DNA of 11,997 nt, taken from Marine Group I thaumarchaeote (lineage in GTDB: Archaea > Thermoproteota > Nitrososphaeria > Nitrososphaerales > Nitrosopumilaceae). Both the position numbers and the translations under genes were made by a program. This document shows positions 5,461 through 11,997 of the stretch, in pieces. The notes under the pieces were generated by a model. It was not told the origin of the DNA. It saw only the letters and a program-made list of their open reading frames with translations, and ran no database searches. Each line of letters opens with the position of its first letter. The stretch's first letter is position 1. The stretch is from assembly GCA_044358425.1 (NCBI GenBank), contig CP054849.1, forward strand, positions 647,484-659,480, written 5' to 3'.

Positions 5461-6906
5461 ATGAATCTAAAAATTTCTGCCCTTGAATTTGTTGAAGAAA
5501 TAAAAACTGGAAATATCACAGTTGAGGAATTCACTGCAAAAACAATTGAAAGAATAAATCAAGTTGATGATAAACTTCATGCATTTTTATCTGTAAACAA
5601 CGATGCAATTGATCAGGCCCGTACTATCGATAAGAAAATAAAATCTGGAGAAAATGTTGGAGTATGTTATGGAATGCCAATTTCAATCAAAGATAACATG
5701 TGTATCAAAGATACTAAAACAACATGTGCATCAAAAATGCTTGAAAATTTTGTTGCGCCTTATGATGCAACAGTCATCTCAAAATTAAAAAAACAAGATG
5801 CAATTTTTATCGGTAAAGTAAACATGGATGAATTTGCCATGGGGTTAACTACTGAATTTAGTGCATTTGGTCCAAGTAAAAATCCGTGGAATATAGACCA
5901 TGTTCCAGGAGGGTCATCTGGAGGAAGTGCTGTATCTGTTAGCGCATTTGAATGCATAGCATCTCTTGGTTCAGATACTGGGGGTTCGGTTAGAAATCCT
6001 GCTAGTTTTTGTTCAACTGTTGGTTACAAGCCAACTTATGGATTAATCAGTAGATACGGTTTGATTTCATATGCAAATAGTATTGAACAGATAGGTCCTC
6101 TGACTAGAACTGTAAAAGATACTGCATTCATGTTAAACCTCATTGCAGGAATTGATCCAAATGACAATACTACAATTGACAACAAGAATGAAAACTATTT
6201 GGAAGGAATTGAATCTGGAATTGAAGGTAAAAAATTTGGAATAATTACAGATATGATTGGAGATGGAATTGATCCTGAAGTCCTTACAGCAACAAAAGAG
6301 GCCATTTCTAAACTTGAGGGATTAGGTGCAATATGTGAAGAAGTGTCATTGGATATGGTAAAATATTCTGTTGCTGCATATTACACAATCACTGCAACTG
6401 AAGCTGGAAGTAATTTGGCAAGATATGACAATTTACGATATGGCTATGATTTCCCAGTAGAAGGCTATGAATTCAATTCATACATTTCAAAAGCTAGGAA
6501 AAACTTTGGACCTGAAGTAACTAGAAGAATGATAATTGGTGGGTTTGTTCCATCTGCAGGTCATGCAGGAAAATATTTCCTTAAAGCTATGAAAGTAAAG
6601 AGCAAATTGACTAAAGAAATCAATGAGGCATTTAAGAAATTTGATCTTTTAATTGCACCAACTGTTCCAATTCAACCATTTAAAATTGGTGAAAAAATTG
6701 ATGATCCTGTATCGCTATTTTTAGTTGATATCAATACAGTTACTGCAAACCTTACAGGAAAACCTGCAATTTCAATTCCGTTTAAGATTGTCAATGGATT
6801 GCCAATAGGAATTCAACTGTTGGCAAATTCCATGGATGATAAATTATTGTTAAAAGCTGCATATGCATTAGAACAAACTGTGACCTTGCCGGAGGTACCA
6901 ATATGA
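5461..6906 (+). CDS. gatA: Amidotransferase subunit A (amidase)
   Basis: Amidase signature: ISIKDN, NMDEFAMG, PGGSSGGSA, LGSDTGGSVRNPA, SNLARYD and FGPEVTRR. Confidence 0.97.
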   Translation: MNLKISALEFVEEIKTGNITVEEFTAKTIERINQVDDKLHAFLSVNNDAIDQARTIDKKIKSGENVGVCYGMPISIKDNMCIKDTKTTCASKMLENFVAPYDATVISKLKKQDAIFIGKVNMDEFAMGLTTEFSAFGPSKNPWNIDHVPGGSSGGSAVSVSAFECIASLGSDTGGSVRNPASFCSTVGYKPTYGLISRYGLISYANSIEQIGPLTRTVKDTAFMLNLIAGIDPNDNTTIDNKNENYLEGIESGIEGKKFGIITDMIGDGIDPEVLTATKEAISKLEGLGAICEEVSLDMVKYSVAAYYTITATEAGSNLARYDNLRYGYDFPVEGYEFNSYISKARKNFGPEVTRRMIIGGFVPSAGHAGKYFLKAMKVKSKLTKEINEAFKKFDLLIAPTVPIQPFKIGEKIDDPVSLFLVDINTVTANLTGKPAISIPFKIVNGLPIGIQLLANSMDDKLLLKAAYALEQTVTLPEVPI

Positions 6907-8309
6907 CCAAAATCGGTTTGGAGATTCACTGTCAATTAACCAATCTTGAAAGTAAGCTATTTTGTTCATGTAAGGCAAATTATCGTGAATTTGAACCAAA
7001 TGAAAACATCTGCCCTGTATGTGCAGGAATGCCAGGAAGTTTGCCAAGATTAAATCAAGAAGCAGTAAAAAAAGCAACAATGATTGCAATGGCTTTGAAT
7101 TGTTCTACTCCTGAAAAAATAGCATTTTTTAGAAAAAATTATTTTTATCCTGATTTACCTAAAAATTTTCAAATTACCCAATTGAACATTTATGGTGATA
7201 CTAGTGTTGGTGGTTCTGGAACAATTTCTGTTGGAGATAAAAAAATTAGAATTACTCGAATTCAATTAGAAGAAGATCCTGGCAGATTAATCTATGAAGG
7301 AAGTTCTTCAAAAAACCAAATTACCTTGGTGGATTACAATCGTGCAGGCACACCATTAGTTGAAATTGTCACGGAACCAGACTTTGAAACTCCAAAAGAA
7401 GTGCGTGATTTTCTTAACATATTGTCTGATTTGCTCAAAAACCTAGGTGTTGCAGACCCAAGTTTAGAAGGGGCCATGAGAGCAGATGCTAACGTCTCTA
7501 CTCGTGATGGAAATAAAGTTGAAATTAAAAACATAGGATCATTTCATGATTTAGAAAAGGCAGCACATTTTGAGATTACTCGACAAGAAAGTTTACACGA
7601 TAGAGATATTCCTATTGTTCAAGAAACACGTCACTGGGATGATAGGAGAAAAATTACCGTTTCTTCACGTTCAAAAGAAGAAGATTTGGATTATCGTTAT
7701 TTTCTTGAAGGAGATATTCCATGGGTAAAAATTAATCCAGAAATGCAAGATGAATTAAAATCAAAAATGCCTGAAAGTATCAGTTCTAAAAAAGAAAGAT
7801 ATGTTTCAAAATATCAAATTCCTGAACAAGTTGCAGATGTTTTATCTTCAGATAAATTTTATTCAGATTTGTTTGAGGATGCTCACACAGAATCAAATGC
7901 AAAAGAAGTTGCCAATATTATTACCACAGAATTAATGGGTTTAGAAGACACTCGAGAAAAACGTGAAGCATCAAAACTTACATCAATTCATTTGAAGGAT
8001 TTGGCAGATGCAATTCAAACAGGAAAAGTGTCTAGAAACTCTTCAAAAAATGCATTACATGAAATATTAAAAACAGGAAAAAGCGTTTCGCAAATTATTT
8101 CTGAATTAGATTTAGGTAATGTTTCAGATGAAACAGAATTACTAAAAATTATTGATACAGTTATTTCTCAAGAGTCTCAAGCTGTAGAACAAGCAAAATC
8201 TAATCCTCAAACAATCAACTTTCTAGTAGGAAAAGTTATGCAGGCTACAAAAGGAAAAGCTGATCCTACACTAACATTAAATTTGTTGAAAAAACAAATT
8301 GGTATATGA
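6903..8309 (+). CDS. gatB: Amidotransferase subunit B
   Basis: IGLEIHCQL, CSC...CPVC, RKNYFYPDLPKNFQITQ, EEDPG, DYNRAGTPLVEIVTEPD, RADANVS, VEIKN and a YqeY-like tail FLVGKVM. ATGA overlap with gatA. Confidence 0.97.
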   Translation: MTKIGLEIHCQLTNLESKLFCSCKANYREFEPNENICPVCAGMPGSLPRLNQEAVKKATMIAMALNCSTPEKIAFFRKNYFYPDLPKNFQITQLNIYGDTSVGGSGTISVGDKKIRITRIQLEEDPGRLIYEGSSSKNQITLVDYNRAGTPLVEIVTEPDFETPKEVRDFLNILSDLLKNLGVADPSLEGAMRADANVSTRDGNKVEIKNIGSFHDLEKAAHFEITRQESLHDRDIPIVQETRHWDDRRKITVSSRSKEEDLDYRYFLEGDIPWVKINPEMQDELKSKMPESISSKKERYVSKYQIPEQVADVLSSDKFYSDLFEDAHTESNAKEVANIITTELMGLEDTREKREASKLTSIHLKDLADAIQTGKVSRNSSKNALHEILKTGKSVSQIISELDLGNVSDETELLKIIDTVISQESQAVEQAKSNPQTINFLVGKVMQATKGKADPTLTLNLLKKQIGI

Positions 8310-8569
8310 TAAATTTCTCCCTTGAAGATATAGAATTTATCAAAATTTTAGCAACTTCTGATGCGACTATTTTGCAAGCAGGAATGAATGATGCTACAAG
8401 AAAGCGATTAGATGAGCAAGTAGGGGTGATTTTAAGGGAATATTATCATGAAAATACACAGAATTTGGGTACTCAATATACTGAAAAATTGTTGGAATAT
8501 GGAATTACAGAAGATGATGGTAAAGCAGCTATTGCATGTGCCCGTCGATTAGGCATAGATATATCATAA
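8306..8569 (+). CDS. Acidic hypothetical protein coupled to gatB
   Basis: 87-aa ORF with ATGA overlap on the gatB stop; protein-like composition and fills the gap before the next gene. Confidence 0.75.
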   Translation: MINFSLEDIEFIKILATSDATILQAGMNDATRKRLDEQVGVILREYYHENTQNLGTQYTEKLLEYGITEDDGKAAIACARRLGIDIS

Positions 8570-8614
8570 ACTAAAAAATCTTTTTACGCTCAAGAATACT
8601 CAAAAAAATGAAAC

Positions 8615-10540
8615 TTGTCAAATTTTGAATTTTTTCCAAAGCCGGAACAATATCAAAACTCTAACATTTACCAATTTATGAAAAAACATAACATTTCATC
8701 ATTAGAAGAATTATCACAAAAATCAAAAAATAACTTGGAATGGTTTTGGGAATCTGTAGAAAAAGATATTGGAATTGTTTGGGATATGCCATACACAAAA
8801 ACACTGGATACTTCAAATGGCATCCCTTGGGCAAAATGGTTTGTTGACGGAAAGACAAATCTCTATAAATCATCTGTAGAAAAATTTACAAAACAAGCCC
8901 CTGAAAAAATAGCTTATAATTTTATTTCAGAAGATGGTCTTGAAACAAAATTATCGTATTCTCAATTAAACACTAAGGTATCAAAACTTGCAAATGGTTT
9001 CAAATCTTTAGGTGTCAAAAAGGGGGACGTAATTGCAATATACTTGCCAATGATTGAGGAAGCAATCCTATCAATACTTGCTGCAGCAAAAATTGGAGCT
9101 GTACAAACTATTGTATTTTCAGGATATAGTTCAGAATCATTAAAAACAAGATTACAAGATTGTCATGCAAAAATATTACTAACTTCAGATGGATTTCATA
9201 GAAAAGGTAAGAACGTATCTCAAAAAACTACTGTGGATAATGCAGTAATAGATACAGACATTGAAAAAATTATTGTTGTTTCTTACAAAGGCATTGATAA
9301 ATTTGAAAAATCTGATAAAATTCAATTTTACGATGAATTGATTTTACAACAAAGTGATACTTGTGATACAGAGATTATGGATTCAGAGGATCCATTGTTT
9401 ATTTTGTATACATCAGGAACTACTGGAAAACCCAAGGGTGTGGTTCACACACATGGCGGTTTTTCTGTTTTTGCTGGTCATCAGGCATCATATTTGGTGA
9501 ATATGGATAAAGACGATAGACTGTTTTGGCCTGCAGATATTGGATGGATAACAGGTCTAGTTTGGAACGTATATGGCCTCTTACTAGTAGGGTCTAGTGC
9601 AGTAATTTATGACGGTGCCTTAGATTTTCCAAATTCTGACCGAGTATGGGAGATATTGTCAAAATATCAGGCAACAATATTTGGAATTTCTCCAACTGCT
9701 GTACGATTATTTAAAAAAATTAATGCAAATCCGCTCAATAAATATTCATTAGATTCATTACAAAATATTCCTACAACTGGAGAACCGTTAGATGAGGACT
9801 CATGGTGGTGGCTGTTTGAAAATGTTGGAAATAAAAAAATTCCAATTATGAATTTATCAGGAGGTACTGAAATTGGAGGTGCAATGTTATCTGTATTTCC
9901 TGGAATGAAATTAAAACCATCAACAGTTGGAATTCCAGTTCCTGGAATGAATCTAGATGTTGTTAATGATGATGGAGAATCAGTTACAGAAAAAAACGGG
10001 TATTTGGTTATCAAATCTCCTTGGCCTGGAATGACCAGAGGTCTGTTAAATGATGATCAGAGATACATTGAGACATACTGGTCAAAATTTGAAAACATCT
10101 GGTTTCATGGAGATTATGTACTAAAAGATGAGGATAATTTGTGGTATATGCAAGGTAGAACTGATGATGTGATCAATGTATCAGGTCATAGGATGAGTAC
10201 TGCAGAAATAGAACATACTGTAATTTCTCATAAAAAAATATCTGATGCAGCATCTATTGCAATACCTGATGACATCACAGGGGAGGCAATTGTAGTATTT
10301 TTTGTAGCTGAAAATAAGGACGATACAAATTTAGAAAATGAAATTACAGAACATATTTCTAAAAAGATTGGTAAAATTGCAAAACCTCGATTTATTATTC
10401 AGTTAACTGATCTTCCTAAAACACGTACAGGAAAAATAATGCGTAGATTATTGAAATCAAAGATTTTGGGAAAGCCATTGGGAGATTTATCATCATTAGA
10501 GAATCCTTACATTTTAAATGAAATTCAAAAAATCAATTAA
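8615..10540 (+). CDS. AMP-forming acyl-CoA synthetase (acetyl-/acetoacetyl-CoA synthetase-like)
   Basis: YTSGTTGKPKG loop, ADIGWITG, GRTDDVINVSGHR and LPKTRTGKIMRR. NLSGGTEIGG stands where Acs has DTWWQTETGG. TTG start. Confidence 0.92.
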   Translation: MSNFEFFPKPEQYQNSNIYQFMKKHNISSLEELSQKSKNNLEWFWESVEKDIGIVWDMPYTKTLDTSNGIPWAKWFVDGKTNLYKSSVEKFTKQAPEKIAYNFISEDGLETKLSYSQLNTKVSKLANGFKSLGVKKGDVIAIYLPMIEEAILSILAAAKIGAVQTIVFSGYSSESLKTRLQDCHAKILLTSDGFHRKGKNVSQKTTVDNAVIDTDIEKIIVVSYKGIDKFEKSDKIQFYDELILQQSDTCDTEIMDSEDPLFILYTSGTTGKPKGVVHTHGGFSVFAGHQASYLVNMDKDDRLFWPADIGWITGLVWNVYGLLLVGSSAVIYDGALDFPNSDRVWEILSKYQATIFGISPTAVRLFKKINANPLNKYSLDSLQNIPTTGEPLDEDSWWWLFENVGNKKIPIMNLSGGTEIGGAMLSVFPGMKLKPSTVGIPVPGMNLDVVNDDGESVTEKNGYLVIKSPWPGMTRGLLNDDQRYIETYWSKFENIWFHGDYVLKDEDNLWYMQGRTDDVINVSGHRMSTAEIEHTVISHKKISDAASIAIPDDITGEAIVVFFVAENKDDTNLENEITEHISKKIGKIAKPRFIIQLTDLPKTRTGKIMRRLLKSKILGKPLGDLSSLENPYILNEIQKIN

Positions 10541-10544
10541 AATA

Positions 10545-10558
10545 GAAAAATCTTATAT
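10545..10558 (+). promoter_or_regulatory. BRE/TATA-like promoter for small ORF 10582
   Basis: GAAAAA (10545-10550) then TTATAT (10553-10558), 24-29 nt before ATG10582. Confidence 0.5.
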
Positions 10559-10581
10559 CTTTTATTCACTATAACTATACG

Positions 10582-10734
10582 ATGATTTCATCAACAACCA
10601 ATGAAAAGATTGTTTCAGATTTTCAAAAGAAAGTTGATTCCATCAATAATCCAAAGCAGTTAACATTTGTTGAAAAAAAGGAATTATCTTTGAAAGAAAG
10701 TGAAACTCTCAAGCGTCCTAGTTATCATTTGTAA
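10582..10734 (+). CDS. Small hypothetical protein, 50 aa (not in ORF track)
   Basis: Manual translation: MISSTTNEKIVSDFQKKVDSINNPKQLTFVEKKELSLKESETLKRPSYHL*. Promoter at leaderless spacing. Confidence 0.55.
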   Translation: MISSTTNEKIVSDFQKKVDSINNPKQLTFVEKKELSLKESETLKRPSYHL

Positions 10735-10876
10735 AAATATGTGTAATTAATTGTAAATACACATCATTATTGTAAAATATATTCATAAAATACAGAATAG
10801 GGGTTTAGAAAATCAACCTCTTTGATATCTTCTTTTTAACTTTGGAATAATAATTAAAATTTCATAATTTGAAATA

Positions 10877-11997
10877 TTGAGATTCATAGTTGATCAACAA
10901 GTTGAAGACATTGAGATGCCTGAGAATTTAAAACTAAATACATTTTTACAAGAATTTCATTCAGATTGCACTCATCCTGAATGTCAATTTGGATTTTATG
11001 GATTTGCTTTTGGACAATCTCCATTTCCTGTGCCTAGATTAATTCAAGAAGCATTAATCAAAAATGTAAACAAGGGTGAATATGCAGCAGTTTCAGGCAT
11101 ACCTCAATTACGAAATGCAATTTCAAAATACAATAAACACTATTTTCGAATAGATGTTGCACCTGAGCGTATCTATGTGGGACCAGGAACCAAAGAGCTA
11201 ATTTTCAATCTTTTGGAAATTTTACATGGAACCGTAATTTTACCAACTCCTGCATGGTTAGGTTATTTACCTCAAATTAGATTTCTGAAGAAAAATTTTC
11301 ACATGCTTCCCTCTAGGGCAAATGGAAAAATTGCTCCAAATGATCTAAAACGTTTAGCACTTAGATTACAAGATAGACAAAAAATTCTAATTTTGAATAA
11401 TCCTCACAATCCAACTGGAATGCTTTACAACAGATTAGAATTAGAAGAGATTGCAGATGTTTGTAGAGAATTAAACATCACAGTAATTTCTGATGAAATC
11501 TATGCTCAAACTACATACGATTTTTCAAAATTTGTTAGTATGGGAAAAATCTATCCTGAAGGAACTTTTGTGACAAACGGACTATCAAAATCCCATGCTG
11601 CGGGAGGATACAGATTAGGATATGTGATATTTCCTCAACACGCCGTTGATCTTAAAGCTCAATTCAAAAAAATTCTTGCAACTGAATACACAGCAGTATC
11701 TACCCCAATCCAACATGCCGCAGTTGCAGGTTTTGAAATAAGTCATGAAATGGATGAGTATTTCAAAGTTACAAGAAATATTCATAAAATTATGGGCGAA
11801 TACACTTACAATACATTAACTGCTATTGATGGGATTAAAGCTACAAAACCTGAGGCAACGTTTTATCTTTTAGCTGATTTTAATGCATACGCCCCAGAAC
11901 TACAAAAAGCAAACATTACTACATCACAAAAATTGTCTGAAGCATTAATTGTTCATCCATATCATACTGCAATAGTAGGGGGAGACAGTCTAGTTTT
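10877..11997 (+). CDS. PLP-dependent aminotransferase class I/II (3' end outside window)
   Basis: Open frame from TTG10877 (MRFIVDQQVEDIEMPENL...) with FAFGQSPFPVP, GPGTKELIF, LNNPHNPTG, ISDEIY and the PLP-lysine motif NGLSKSHAAGGYRLGY. Confidence 0.93.
   Translation, partial: MRFIVDQQVEDIEMPENLKLNTFLQEFHSDCTHPECQFGFYGFAFGQSPFPVPRLIQEALIKNVNKGEYAAVSGIPQLRNAISKYNKHYFRIDVAPERIYVGPGTKELIFNLLEILHGTVILPTPAWLGYLPQIRFLKKNFHMLPSRANGKIAPNDLKRLALRLQDRQKILILNNPHNPTGMLYNRLELEEIADVCRELNITVISDEIYAQTTYDFSKFVSMGKIYPEGTFVTNGLSKSHAAGGYRLGYVIFPQHAVDLKAQFKKILATEYTAVSTPIQHAAVAGFEISHEMDEYFKVTRNIHKIMGEYTYNTLTAIDGIKATKPEATFYLLADFNAYAPELQKANITTSQKLSEALIVHPYHTAIVGGDSLV

Noticed and set aside
524-10014. Other short listed ORFs (524-709, 1128-1337, 2782-2973, 4235-4474, 5760-5957, 6868-7089, 7334-7534, 8676-8873, 9667-10014)
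   Set aside because: All overlap better-supported genes in antisense or another frame and show no motifs.

Overview
AT-rich archaeal DNA whose proteins and promoter style resemble Nitrosopumilus-like ammonia-oxidising archaea (Nitrososphaerota); the taxonomy is inferred, not searched. Bases 1-~1700 look like part of an integrative element. They hold the C-terminus of a tyrosine recombinase, a perfect 18-bp palindrome beside a TATA-like box, three overlapping ORFs (Cys/His-rich, HTH, ribbon-helix-helix) and an A/T-only inverted repeat. Bases ~1780-4800 are accessory-looking genes: an unlisted 51-aa membrane peptide, a non-canonical D-Ala-D-Ala-ligase-like ATP-grasp enzyme, a histone-H1-like basic protein with six perfect 18-bp repeats, DUF192 and an AhpD/CMD-family CxxC protein. 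The ~400-bp gap before gatC holds two long candidate hairpins, tRNA-like motif fragments and a short Asp/Asn-ending uORF, possibly an undescribed RNA element. The rest is mostly housekeeping: gatC-gatA-gatB plus a coupled hypothetical gene, an AMP-forming acyl-CoA synthetase with a non-Acs pocket motif, an unlisted 50-aa ORF and a class I/II PLP aminotransferase running off the window.
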